From IMG/VR virus record IMGVR_UViG_3300022752_000013: DNA of 64,000 bases; one strand, 5' to 3'. Below the pieces are notes generated by a model. That model made no database searches. It saw only the letters and a program-made list of their open reading frames with translations, and was not told the origin of the DNA. Position 1 is the stretch's first letter. Each line of letters begins with the position of its first letter. Both the position numbers and the translations under genes were made by a program. Of the stretch, positions 27,788 through 36,528 are shown piece after piece. This stretch comes from a virus. Lineage: Duplodnaviria > Caudoviricetes.

Positions 27788-28083
27788 GTAAAATTATGCA
27801 CACACCTCAAGAACGAGACAAAAGAAATCTACGTATTCAACGTGACGAAAATGCCATTCGAAAACAAGCCAAGATTGCCCGGGCACATGGCATGGATGTA
27901 AAAGAGCCACACAAGTTTGTCAAGCATCATGCCATGGACTGTGGACAACCAGGTTGTGTCCTGTGTGGTAATCCAAGAAAAACATTTAGTGAATTGACCA
28001 CACAAGAAAAACGCCTGTTCCAGGATGTAGAACAGCCGCGTGACAAACATTCAAACGGCTTGCCCCGGGATCAAAATGATTGA
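27778..28083 (+). CDS. basic protein with putative Zn-binding motif
   Basis: HAMDCGQPGCVLCGNPR. Confidence 0.65.
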   Translation: MVISKIMHTPQERDKRNLRIQRDENAIRKQAKIARAHGMDVKEPHKFVKHHAMDCGQPGCVLCGNPRKTFSELTTQEKRLFQDVEQPRDKHSNGLPRDQND

Positions 28084-28285
28084 TTTTGACATAACCATGC
28101 AACGTATTAAGAACTTGGCTGAGTACGAAGTTCAAGTCACTGTGCCTGAAACATTTAGTTTTCGCGGCCAAGTGCCTTGGGACATGCAGATCCTGGGCAA
28201 CCAGGCCTTTGTGACAGTTATCGCAGCCAGCCTTACTGAGGCTCGAAGCAGAGTAGAAGAATATTTTAATTTCAAGGAAGAATAA
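28076..28285 (+). CDS. hypothetical protein
   Basis: Start re-called at the overlap with the upstream stop. Confidence 0.6.
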   Translation: MIDFDITMQRIKNLAEYEVQVTVPETFSFRGQVPWDMQILGNQAFVTVIAASLTEARSRVEEYFNFKEE

Positions 28286-28286
28286 T

Positions 28287-28532
28287 ATGGACATGGATCA
28301 ATCGGCAGTATTTTTGGCCGGAAGTATTTTAACAGCACTAGGATTTGTTGTGTTTGTTATTGCTATTGTCATAGTCAACAACATCATACATCGTTGGTGG
28401 AAGCCATTGGGTTGGACATTTGGATGGATAGCCGCACCCACAAGATTTGCCACACCGGAAGAACTGGAACAACCTCCAAAAATAGAACCTGTAATCGATA
28501 AAAAAGATGAACCGAAAGCAAAAACTAATTGA
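28287..28532 (+). CDS. membrane protein
   Basis: TM segment AVFLAGSILTALGFVVFVIAIVIV. Confidence 0.7.
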   Translation: MDMDQSAVFLAGSILTALGFVVFVIAIVIVNNIIHRWWKPLGWTFGWIAAPTRFATPEELEQPPKIEPVIDKKDEPKAKTN

Positions 28533-28719
28533 GCAGGCAGGCTTTAGTAAGACCTTTGAAGCAGATCGACTGAATCACTTGATTGATCTTACTGTAAACC
28601 AATGCATTGTTGCTATCACCAACTCTTCACGAGATCACTGTCCCACAACCTATGATCAGGACCAATGGGCCAGCACCATCGAACGGTGCGTTCAAAGTGT
28701 AAAACAACAGTTTCGGTAA
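28507..28719 (+). CDS. hypothetical protein
   Basis: 70 aa coupled ORF. Confidence 0.6.
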   Translation: MNRKQKLIEQAGFSKTFEADRLNHLIDLTVNQCIVAITNSSRDHCPTTYDQDQWASTIERCVQSVKQQFR

Positions 28720-28721
28720 GA

Positions 28722-28750
28722 TTGACAACTTAATCCTGTGGTGTTATACT
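28722..28750 (+). promoter_or_regulatory. sigma70-type early promoter
   Basis: TTGACA-17-TATACT. Confidence 0.8.
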
Positions 28751-28769
28751 ATGATCAAAGGAGCAGGTT

Positions 28770-29105
28770 ATGGGCACAAGTACTTTTGTGGTGGTATGGG
28801 ACAATACTGGTTTGGAATATGTGGGCAACGTCACTGAGGACGAGCAACGCCGTGTGTGGGGTGAACTCAACGGCAAGCCTGTGTCGAGCCAACTGCCCAA
28901 CGTAAACCATCTTGTGCTCAGGGCTAGATACAACAGCCAACGTCATTATGAAATCTATTTGATAGCGGCCACAGATGGAATAACTACAAATGACATACGT
29001 AATATGTTTGAGGCTTCTCCCCAAACAGCCGCGGACACCATACGTAGACTTGGTCACTGTTACTACAGTGGCCGAGCAGATACAAGTAAAATACTAATTA
29101 CATAA
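28770..29105 (+). CDS. hypothetical protein
   Basis: RBS AAGGAG. Confidence 0.7.
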   Translation: MGTSTFVVVWDNTGLEYVGNVTEDEQRRVWGELNGKPVSSQLPNVNHLVLRARYNSQRHYEIYLIAATDGITTNDIRNMFEASPQTAADTIRRLGHCYYSGRADTSKILIT

Positions 29106-29111
29106 ATCAAA

Positions 29112-29756
29112 ATGGCAACTCTACAACAAGTTTGTGATTATAATCGGGCTCAGGTAAATTGGATCAAACTGTATTCAATGATCGATACTCTCGGCACAAC
29201 CATGAACGGAAAAAAAGATCGGTTTGACAAAAGCGATCTCATTGAGATGGGCATGGACATCTATAGTAATGGAGGAATCAAACTTGTAAATCTTGATGGT
29301 GTGGACCACGAACTGGTAAACTTGCCAAGCGCAAAAGGCCTACCAACCACACAGGAAATGAAGTTTGATAGCAAACTTTTTTACAAAATGATTAGTGTCC
29401 AACGTGCCAATCGACGTCGAGGAATCGAAGGCCGGAAAGAATTGCAACGATCAAATGATCCTGTCACGCTAAAATTGGTCAACACACAGGGAGAGAACAA
29501 TTACACTGAGTTGCCAGATACATACGCAGAATTTTTACTAGCGGCAGACAACCATAGTGCTCATGTGATCGAGGTTGCCACATTGAAGCCGTATTTGAAA
29601 TTTCCTAATGATGGAATCACAGCAGTCAACGTTCCATCAAACTTGTTTATGCAGGTGGTTGGCCCAGACGATATCACTGCCAGGCAGCCCCTGGCAAATT
29701 TCAACTACAAACAAGAGAAGTTGGCATTTCAAAGAAACTTTTTAAACAAGTTCTAA
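29112..29756 (+). CDS. putative PD-(D/E)xK-fold nuclease
   Basis: Helix LIE, then DGVD...QEMK. Confidence 0.4.
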   Translation: MATLQQVCDYNRAQVNWIKLYSMIDTLGTTMNGKKDRFDKSDLIEMGMDIYSNGGIKLVNLDGVDHELVNLPSAKGLPTTQEMKFDSKLFYKMISVQRANRRRGIEGRKELQRSNDPVTLKLVNTQGENNYTELPDTYAEFLLAADNHSAHVIEVATLKPYLKFPNDGITAVNVPSNLFMQVVGPDDITARQPLANFNYKQEKLAFQRNFLNKF

Positions 29757-29757
29757 A

Positions 29758-29775
29758 GTAGTACTTTAGTATTAG
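29758..29775. promoter_or_regulatory. palindrome copy 4
   Basis: GTAGTAC-TTTA-GTATTAG. Confidence 0.65.
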
Positions 29776-29776
29776 A

Positions 29777-29805
29777 TTGACAACGACCGAGTTTTGCTAT
29801 ATAAT
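29777..29805 (+). promoter_or_regulatory. sigma70-type early promoter
   Basis: TTGACA-17-TATAAT. Confidence 0.8.
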
Positions 29806-29880
29806 AGAAACTGTTGGGTAGGCATAGTGCCTACTAACACTTAACCAATCCTGTATTGTACAGGTAAAGAAGGAAAAATT

Positions 29881-30933
29881 ATGGCACAGAAACGCCTCAC
29901 ACGTAAACTTACGGATGTGATTGCTGAAGTTGAAACTCAACTACGAGCACACTACGGTGTAACCCAAAAAGATCTCGATGCATGGCGAGTCCGTGCAAAG
30001 GCTTTATCACACCGATTTCCCACTAGTTCAATGATTGCTATTGAAGACCTTTGGATTGATTATGAAGTCCAACGTGATGTCTTGCACAAGCACATTATTA
30101 ATATCATTCGGAAATGGGATCCACGCATTTGTAGTCCTGGTTCTGCTTGCCGCTTTGGCGGAAAACCTCCGATCTATTTGTATGATGCACAACACCGTAC
30201 CATTGCGGCCGGACTGCTAGGCTATACTGAAATTCCGTGTGCTGTAGTAGAAACAGATGAACTTAATTTTGCAAGTTATGCATTTGAACTGCTCAATGAC
30301 ACAGGCGTCAAACGATTAACTCCGGGGGATTTGCATCGCAATGCCTTGGTGCGTTTTAAAAATGGCAGCGGTGATAAGAAAGTTGTGGATGCCCGCACCA
30401 TGCAGGATCAATTTGATACCGCAGGTATTGACTTGCAAGACAAAGGATCACGTGCGTCAGACAACTTGCGTGGTGACAATGATTACTTCTTTAGTCACTT
30501 TAAGTATGCACAAAAAGGCATTGAGATTGATGACAGTGGCAAAATACTTTTAGAAATTTTAACTGCAATCAAAGACACGTTTCCACTGCAAGAAGAAATT
30601 GATCAAGGTTGCTACATTGGATTATACGAACTGCATCGTATCTCGAGCAATAGTGCCAACAGCAAACTACCAACAGGATGGATGAAGGCAGTACTTGAAG
30701 CAATCAAGCCCACGTTCAAGAGTTCCTCATTGATACATACCAAGGCTAAAATACAATGGGATTATGTAAACCCTGGTGCTACTTGGTCAGCCCCTAGTGC
30801 TATGTCTAACTTTTTACGTGAGTTATACATCCGTAATAGTGGCAAGATTAATTTACCATACCACGGTGAAGGTGCCAAGATGGGTATCGAAGAAGGCAAC
30901 ATTGCCCCAGGCTTGTTTCCTGAAGGAGCATAA
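29881..30933 (+). CDS. ParB/Srx-like N-terminal domain protein
   Basis: IDYEVQR..WDP..YLYDAQHRTIAA (DGQHR-type motif)..IPCAVV. Confidence 0.7.
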   Translation: MAQKRLTRKLTDVIAEVETQLRAHYGVTQKDLDAWRVRAKALSHRFPTSSMIAIEDLWIDYEVQRDVLHKHIINIIRKWDPRICSPGSACRFGGKPPIYLYDAQHRTIAAGLLGYTEIPCAVVETDELNFASYAFELLNDTGVKRLTPGDLHRNALVRFKNGSGDKKVVDARTMQDQFDTAGIDLQDKGSRASDNLRGDNDYFFSHFKYAQKGIEIDDSGKILLEILTAIKDTFPLQEEIDQGCYIGLYELHRISSNSANSKLPTGWMKAVLEAIKPTFKSSSLIHTKAKIQWDYVNPGATWSAPSAMSNFLRELYIRNSGKINLPYHGEGAKMGIEEGNIAPGLFPEGA

Positions 30934-30934
30934 A

Positions 30935-31399
30935 ATGAATTTCATGATTGAAAATTTATTGGGTAAGCAAGCAGATAAAAAGGTTACCTTTGCTCAGGCA
31001 TTTAAAACTTTGCTAGATATGGACTTGATCAACATTGGCGAAGTAGGCGAGCAGACTATTAGTAATGCCAGTGGTGTTGAAAGATGTCCTCGCAATACCG
31101 CTAAAATTGATTTAGTATCAGGTGTGCAAATTAAAACCGCACAAACCCATCCTGACAAAGAAAAATTGCAGGCGTATTTTGCACCAGGTAACACCAACGC
31201 CCCAATATTGTTAATGGTAATAGAAAGATTAACTGGAAAAGAGTACTTTTTCTTTTTTCAATATAAAGATTACAAAAATACAATCGGTTCTAGTGTTTGT
31301 CTACCGTTTTTCTTGGATGGAACCCCACGTCGATCTAACAGTTGGTGGGATTACGAAATTACATTCGATGAACTTTGTAAGTTAGCAAAAAATGATTAA
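30935..31399 (+). CDS. putative PD-(D/E)xK (QxK variant) nuclease
   Basis: GEVGEQ helix, IDLVSGVQIKT. Confidence 0.45.
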   Translation: MNFMIENLLGKQADKKVTFAQAFKTLLDMDLINIGEVGEQTISNASGVERCPRNTAKIDLVSGVQIKTAQTHPDKEKLQAYFAPGNTNAPILLMVIERLTGKEYFFFFQYKDYKNTIGSSVCLPFFLDGTPRRSNSWWDYEITFDELCKLAKND

Positions 31400-31955
31400 T
31401 CTTAAAGAATCCTTAGACCAATTCACAGCACCGGTGTACGGCAAAACCAAACGCACCGCTGACACTTATCAGACGGTAGCCGACTATTGTCGCCGCAACT
31501 TGGTTCGCTTGGTTGCTGACTATCATGCCGTTCAAAACGATCAACAACTGCTGAGAGAGATCCGCAACGACATTGACACATATCTACGCAGGTATCACGA
31601 GTACTGTATCCAACAACGTGATGGTATGAAAGCACACTACCACGAAATTGGAGCGGATGAAGAATGTGATTTTGAGCATTTGATTCCAGCGGCTCGTATT
31701 CGTGACTTGCTTTTGGCCAGTGCCATTTCTGTAGAGCAGGCTCTCAATGCACCAACTGTGAGGTTGAGTCGTTCCAAACACATGGCTCTTAAGGAAGCAG
31801 GTTGGGCCAGTACCACTCCAGACATGTGGCAACCGTTTAGGCGTTACACTCAAGTGTTTGACGCTAAGTACGAAACACATGATGGAACACCAATTGACCC
31901 CGAAACTTGGACCTTGCAACAGCACTTTGACTATTTCAAGCATCTTGTGCTTTAA
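31392..31955 (+). CDS. putative His-Me finger (HNH-like) protein
   Basis: DFEHLIP followed by VRLSRSKH. Confidence 0.45.
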   Translation: MINLKESLDQFTAPVYGKTKRTADTYQTVADYCRRNLVRLVADYHAVQNDQQLLREIRNDIDTYLRRYHEYCIQQRDGMKAHYHEIGADEECDFEHLIPAARIRDLLLASAISVEQALNAPTVRLSRSKHMALKEAGWASTTPDMWQPFRRYTQVFDAKYETHDGTPIDPETWTLQQHFDYFKHLVL

Positions 31956-31959
31956 AAAA

Positions 31960-31977
31960 GTAATACTCAAGTACTAC
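31960..31977. promoter_or_regulatory. palindrome copy 5
   Basis: GTAATAC-TCAA-GTACTAC. Confidence 0.7.
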
Positions 31978-31988
31978 TTTTTGCCCGG

Positions 31989-32046
31989 TTGACCAATATC
32001 TACCAAAATGCTATAATACGGCATGTTCAGCAAAAAGGAGCCCACA
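31989..32046 (+). promoter_or_regulatory. early promoter plus leader cassette
   Basis: TTGACCAATATCTACCAAAATGCTATAATACGGCATGTTCAGCAAAAAGGAG. Confidence 0.8.
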
Positions 32047-32277
32047 ATGGGATACAAGGTAATTGCAGACCGTTTCGAAACAGACATGATGCGTCAAAAA
32101 TATGGCCCCCGCAAAGGGCTTGAAGGGCCATTCATGTATGCGTCAGGTCGTGTGTTATACTACGATCCCAAAGAGGGCCGGTACTGGGATCCCCGTACTG
32201 ACTTTTATGTTTCGAACGAAGAGATGGATGCTGAACACGGCATTCTTGTGCAACGTCTTGTAGACTTTCAGAGGTAA
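32047..32277 (+). CDS. hypothetical early protein
   Basis: GRVLYYDPKEGRYWDP; RBS AAGGAG. Confidence 0.75.
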   Translation: MGYKVIADRFETDMMRQKYGPRKGLEGPFMYASGRVLYYDPKEGRYWDPRTDFYVSNEEMDAEHGILVQRLVDFQR

Positions 32278-32282
32278 TACTT

Positions 32283-32708
32283 TTGCTTTACTTTGCTTAT
32301 GGCATGAATACCAATCGTAGAGGTATGGCCCAGCGATGCCCTGGTGCATTGAGTCTGGGTCACGCTCGCCTGATCGATTACTCGTTTAGATTTGCCATCC
32401 ACGCTGACGTGGTCAAATGCAAAGGCTCCTATGTGGATGGGGTGCTGTGGACCATTGATGATTTTCACTTGAACAGCCTGGATCGCCTGGAAGGTTATCC
32501 TCTCTACTACAATCGCCGTGCCCTGCGTGTGGCACACGAAGATCGTGTTGTGATGGCCGAAACTTACTACATGCAACCCGGCAACTTGGATAACCTTCCA
32601 GGGCAGGGATATTTTGACATGGTGGTCGAAGGCTACAAGGAGCACAACGTGCCCACAGAACAACTGTTTAATAATGTATACGAAAGTACTACATTTGTAA
32701 AAGGTTGA
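32283..32708 (+). CDS. gamma-glutamylcyclotransferase (AIG2-like)
   Basis: YFAYGMN, GVLW, LDRLEG. Confidence 0.85.
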   Translation: MLYFAYGMNTNRRGMAQRCPGALSLGHARLIDYSFRFAIHADVVKCKGSYVDGVLWTIDDFHLNSLDRLEGYPLYYNRRALRVAHEDRVVMAETYYMQPGNLDNLPGQGYFDMVVEGYKEHNVPTEQLFNNVYESTTFVKG

Positions 32709-32765
32709 CCAATAATCACCAAAATGCTATAATACGGACATGTTCAGCAAAAAGGGAGTTTGAAA
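32705..32765 (+). promoter_or_regulatory. early promoter plus leader cassette
   Basis: TTGACCAATAATCACCAAAATGCTATAATACGGACATGTTCAGCAAAAAGGGAG; degenerate palindrome at 32675-32692. Confidence 0.8.
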
Positions 32766-33077
32766 ATGGAAAAACTTACATCAATTCAGCAAATTAATTC
32801 TTCTATCATGTTTGGTACCTGGACTGATGTAGAACTTCGTAGCATGGCTGACGCCATCCGTTTTGCACAGGCCAGTCTTCGCAAGCAGGTCAAGCGCCAA
32901 TTGGATGTAGGCGTTCAAGTTCGTTGGATCAGTTCCAAAAACCCTTCTGGTGCCACAGGCACAGTAAAAAAGATTGCTATTAAATATGTCACAGTTCGTA
33001 GTGACAGAGACGGTGGCTTGTGGAAGATCCCGGCCAACATGCTGGAGATCGTTGAAGGTCAGATGGTGACAGCATGA
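32766..33077 (+). CDS. hypothetical protein with SH3/KOW-like C-terminus
   Basis: VGVQVRW..GTVKKIAIKYVTVR..WKIPANML. Confidence 0.7.
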   Translation: MEKLTSIQQINSSIMFGTWTDVELRSMADAIRFAQASLRKQVKRQLDVGVQVRWISSKNPSGATGTVKKIAIKYVTVRSDRDGGLWKIPANMLEIVEGQMVTA

Positions 33078-33128
33078 ACGTAGCAATGGCCATAATCTTA
33101 TTAATCGAATCACTCAGGAATATCTAAT

Positions 33129-33908
33129 ATGCCAGGATTTGTAGATGTATCAAATATGACAGCCCGTGAAGTTCGTATGATGGACCATGCGGCTGATGCT
33201 GACGAAACCGATCAGCCACGCCGTCAATGGAAATCTCGTGCCAAGCCCGAGGGCATCAAGCACTCAGTGGACAATGTTTGGGGTGCGGCAGTGGCGGCAC
33301 AACGTATCAATGGCTCTTATATTAAAGAGACTGTGTACAAGGTTGATCCAGAAATGTCCAGCAATACCGTGGTAGACAAACGTCGCAACCGCGACATCAT
33401 GGTGGACATTTTGGCCAACCCTGCTCAACTCACTGTGGAAGATATTTCACAGGGTCAGGAGTGCCGCAAGTTCTTGCAAAACGACATTACCTTCCGTGCT
33501 CTTAAAAACAAACTCACAGAGTTTGACGGTGCTGTCAGCAAGGTCTTGGCAGTTGAAGATGAGTTTGATACTGTAAAACACAAGTTGGAATTGGCTGTGG
33601 TTGCATGTCTCCCACAAAGTCATACCCGCAGTTTGGAGCGCCAGGCTGTGCAGGAACGTGTGCGCCAAACATCAGGCGCCTTGATCGGCACCCCTGGTGA
33701 CAAAGTGCAACTGGACGTGGAGATCATCAAATCAAACTACAGTCAGCAATGGAACACCTGGTACGCCACTGGCGTTACCCAAGACAACTCTGCTGTGTTT
33801 TTTGCATACCGCCAAGAACTGGCGAAGGATGCAAAACACACTATCCAAGGAACCGTCAAGGCTCACAGAGACGGCTCCACTCAACTCAATCGCGTGAGCA
33901 TTATCTAA
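33129..33908 (+). CDS. hypothetical protein with C-terminal OB-like domain
   Basis: IGTPGDKVQLDVEI..GTVKAH..TQLNRV. Confidence 0.7.
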   Translation: MPGFVDVSNMTAREVRMMDHAADADETDQPRRQWKSRAKPEGIKHSVDNVWGAAVAAQRINGSYIKETVYKVDPEMSSNTVVDKRRNRDIMVDILANPAQLTVEDISQGQECRKFLQNDITFRALKNKLTEFDGAVSKVLAVEDEFDTVKHKLELAVVACLPQSHTRSLERQAVQERVRQTSGALIGTPGDKVQLDVEIIKSNYSQQWNTWYATGVTQDNSAVFFAYRQELAKDAKHTIQGTVKAHRDGSTQLNRVSII

Positions 33909-33917
33909 GGACACATC

Positions 33918-34046
33918 ATGAGCAAACTCATAATTGGATTCATTCTAGGCTTGGTGGTCAGTGCTGTGGGATTTTCGGGCATTGCTCGAATGTTTGACAA
34001 AGGCGTACAGACCATCCAAACTCAGAGCAAGGAACTGGCACAATGA
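33918..34046 (+). CDS. small membrane protein (42 aa; not in ORF track)
   Basis: MSKLIIGFILGLVVSAVGFSGIARMFDKG; RBS AAGGA. Confidence 0.65.
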   Translation: MSKLIIGFILGLVVSAVGFSGIARMFDKGVQTIQTQSKELAQ

Positions 34047-34237
34047 CCAAAACAAAAACATCAGACCGTTTCGATCTGGAACAACAAATTTTAGACTGCT
34101 GGAAAATCACAGACGATCTACGATTGGTCGCTGAGAAGGGCGAACACGCCGTTGAAGCAGTGGCCACTTTATACGAACTCAAATTTGAACAACTGTGGAG
34201 CACATTTGAAAGCATGATTCACGAAAGAAAAATGTGA
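34043..34237 (+). CDS. hypothetical protein
   Basis: DRFDLEQQILDCW; coupled to neighbours. Confidence 0.7.
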   Translation: MTKTKTSDRFDLEQQILDCWKITDDLRLVAEKGEHAVEAVATLYELKFEQLWSTFESMIHERKM

Positions 34238-34416
34238 GTGACGTACAAAAACGCATGGCCGAACTCATGGTACCGGTTGATCGTCAGATCATGATGTGTG
34301 ATGATGGCAATGAGTTACTAATGATGGCCTGTGCCATGTTACAACGTACCAAAGAATTATTTGACCAAACTTTGGGCGAACAAGGTCGGAAAGAAATGTT
34401 TAAGGACTTAATATGA
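34234..34416 (+). CDS. hypothetical protein
   Basis: GTGA coupling. Confidence 0.65.
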   Translation: MSDVQKRMAELMVPVDRQIMMCDDGNELLMMACAMLQRTKELFDQTLGEQGRKEMFKDLI

Positions 34417-34607
34417 AATTTTATGCATGGTTTGTAAAACACCAAGATGTGATATCTGGCTTTGTGTCAGGTATTGCGTTGATGACTGCCGCCGATTACT
34501 TTTCTCGAGGTGATATGGCGTATGGTTGTTTGAGCCTGTTTGTTTCGGTAGCAAACTTATTGCTATCGGGTAAAAAAATCGGACAAAACCTTGAGCCAAA
34601 AGAATAA
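34413..34607 (+). CDS. small two-TM membrane protein
   Basis: Two hydrophobic helices. Confidence 0.6.
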   Translation: MKFYAWFVKHQDVISGFVSGIALMTAADYFSRGDMAYGCLSLFVSVANLLLSGKKIGQNLEPKE

Positions 34608-34645
34608 TTTTGGCAAAACTACCCAATCTTTTGTGGCAGAATTGG

Positions 34646-34674
34646 TTGACCAAAATCAACCATTCTGTTACAAT
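34646..34674 (+). promoter_or_regulatory. sigma70-type early promoter
   Basis: TTGACC-17-TACAAT. Confidence 0.75.
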
Positions 34675-34734
34675 TAGATATGTTGTTAACAGCAACATTT
34701 TTTAAACTTAAAAGCACTTTGAAAGGCATTTATT

Positions 34735-35070
34735 ATGGCATCGGAAAAACTCTTTACAGTGGCGGGCACTGCAACAAACCCGGATGGTACTACCAAGGCT
34801 CGTTTTGCAAATGACTTGGTTGCTCGTGTGAAAATCTTGAGCAAGAACAACTGTACCAACATCAACTTGGTTGAGTTGCCCAAGGCAATGAGCAAGTTGG
34901 AAGCCTTGCAGTATTTGCAAGAGCAAGGTATCACCGCAGGTGATGCTGGCTTTGCGGTCGCTAACAAGTTGGCCGAGAAAAGCAAGATCGCCAAGAAGGG
35001 CGAGATCATGGTCAAGGCTACAAAGGCCACAGTCTCTACCAAATCGGTAGACGCAAAAGTCTCTGCCTAA
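34735..35070 (+). CDS. hypothetical T4-like phage protein
   Basis: FTVAG..KARFAND..LVELPKAMSK; followed by a terminator. Confidence 0.7.
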   Translation: MASEKLFTVAGTATNPDGTTKARFANDLVARVKILSKNNCTNINLVELPKAMSKLEALQYLQEQGITAGDAGFAVANKLAEKSKIAKKGEIMVKATKATVSTKSVDAKVSA

Positions 35071-35080
35071 GCGGATGACT

Positions 35081-35116
35081 TCCCAAAGCAACGGCCCTAA
35101 GTGGCCGTTTCTTTTT
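35081..35116 (+). terminator. rho-independent terminator
   Basis: AACGGCC-CTAAGT-GGCCGTT-TCTTTTT. Confidence 0.65.
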
Positions 35117-35175
35117 GAACAAAAAGATTGAATTGGTGTAAATAATATCGGGTCCACTAACTGCGACCCAACTCG

Positions 35176-35421
35176 ATGGCAAAATATAACAAGACCGAGA
35201 GCGAGGCTCTCTACATCGTGGTACTCCACGAATCACAAGGCGAACAAAGACTCAAGGACTGGCAAAAACGAAATCCCACTGCCTCAGCATCCATTGCTGG
35301 TGGACGTATGAGATTGTTTGACCAACGTAGCCTCAGCCTGTTCCAGGTCAGTTGGCGTGGCAACTGGGATCAAATAACCATCTGGGATACCTGGCAACGT
35401 CGCCATATTTTCATAGAATAA
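35176..35421 (+). CDS. hypothetical protein
   Basis: TAAATA at 35139-35144 upstream. Confidence 0.65.
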   Translation: MAKYNKTESEALYIVVLHESQGEQRLKDWQKRNPTASASIAGGRMRLFDQRSLSLFQVSWRGNWDQITIWDTWQRRHIFIE

Positions 35422-35423
35422 TC

Positions 35424-35452
35424 TTGACAGACCGTGTGCAGGCGTATATAAT
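35424..35452 (+). promoter_or_regulatory. sigma70-type early promoter
   Basis: TTGACA-17-TATAAT. Confidence 0.8.
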
Positions 35453-35458
35453 AGCACT

Positions 35459-35689
35459 ATGTCTACTACACCAATTGTTGTTACTTGGCACCAGGCCCTT
35501 GTGTCCGCAGGCAGTGCCGATTCAGACTCAGTTTGGCAACAGGATCAACTGTTGGCGGAATGGATAGGCAATCGCTCAGTTCGAGTGGTTGCACTGGGCA
35601 ATCGATCATACGAATCAATTGCCAACTTAGAAGATCTACCTCAAGTAGATATTGTCATAATCAAGGAGAAATCAAATGACCAATCATGA
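35459..35689 (+). CDS. hypothetical protein
   Basis: 76 aa ORF directly after the promoter. Confidence 0.55.
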   Translation: MSTTPIVVTWHQALVSAGSADSDSVWQQDQLLAEWIGNRSVRVVALGNRSYESIANLEDLPQVDIVIIKEKSNDQS

Positions 35690-35861
35690 ACAAATCGTAG
35701 CCGCTTACGAAAACTACATTGCCGAAAACGAAAAATTCACTACCAAAGGTGTCAAGGCCGCTGCCGCTCGTGCTCGCAAGGCCCTGCAAGAAATGACCAA
35801 GGGTATCAAAGAGCGCCGCAAAGAAATCACTGCTGAAAAAGAAGCCCTGGCAGCCAAGTAA
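35676..35861 (+). CDS. Hc1-like (histone H1-like) small basic protein
   Basis: KGVKAAAARARKALQEM..RRKEI resembles the Hc1 N-terminal family; RBS AAGGAG. Confidence 0.7.
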   Translation: MTNHEQIVAAYENYIAENEKFTTKGVKAAAARARKALQEMTKGIKERRKEITAEKEALAAK

Positions 35862-36052
35862 TGCCAATGGTTCAAGTGGTTGAAGACCCAGACAATCCTG
35901 GAGAACTACTCCTGGACCTTGGTACAGAAGTGTGTGCCCAACTTGGTTGGCAAGTGGGCGACACAATTGAATGGAAAGACAACAAGGACGGCACATGGCT
36001 AATGACCAAATCAGCCTCGACGAATACCTCGCCCAACTCAACTCAAGAGTAG
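35861..36052 (+). CDS. AbrB/MazE-like swapped-hairpin protein
   Basis: ELLLDL..LGWQVGDTIEW. Confidence 0.6.
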   Translation: MPMVQVVEDPDNPGELLLDLGTEVCAQLGWQVGDTIEWKDNKDGTWLMTKSASTNTSPNSTQE

Positions 36053-36528
36053 AAGTAGAAGACTACAAAGCACTAGACTGGAAGTGGGAAGCAAATCCTA
36101 TCGAGCAGTTAACAATTAATGGCATTGACCCTCTCACAACCTACAGTAGTGGTACAAGTCACCCTTCATACGGTGCTATACCCAATGTGTCCATTGGTGG
36201 TGGTAGTAATATCAGCCCAACTGTTTGGACTACAACTACTAACAATACTGGCGGATATACTTTTGCCAATCAAAACATTCAGCCCAACAACACAGTTCAC
36301 ATCAAAGGTGAAAACGCTGATCTCTTGATCAATGAAAAGAGTCTCAAGACCTGGATGGAGAAGGTTGAAGAACGATTGAACATACTCGCTCCCAATCCTG
36401 AAATGGAAAAGGAGTGGGACCAATTGCGTAAGTTAGGTGAGAGATATCGTAAGTTAGAGAAAAAATGCAAGGAAAAATCAGATATGTGGAACAAACTAAA
36501 GGCCATGCCTAAACCGGAGATCAAATGA
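35995..36528 (+). CDS. hypothetical protein
   Basis: Thr-rich linker plus C-terminal coiled coil. Confidence 0.65.
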   Translation: MANDQISLDEYLAQLNSRVEVEDYKALDWKWEANPIEQLTINGIDPLTTYSSGTSHPSYGAIPNVSIGGGSNISPTVWTTTTNNTGGYTFANQNIQPNNTVHIKGENADLLINEKSLKTWMEKVEERLNILAPNPEMEKEWDQLRKLGERYRKLEKKCKEKSDMWNKLKAMPKPEIK

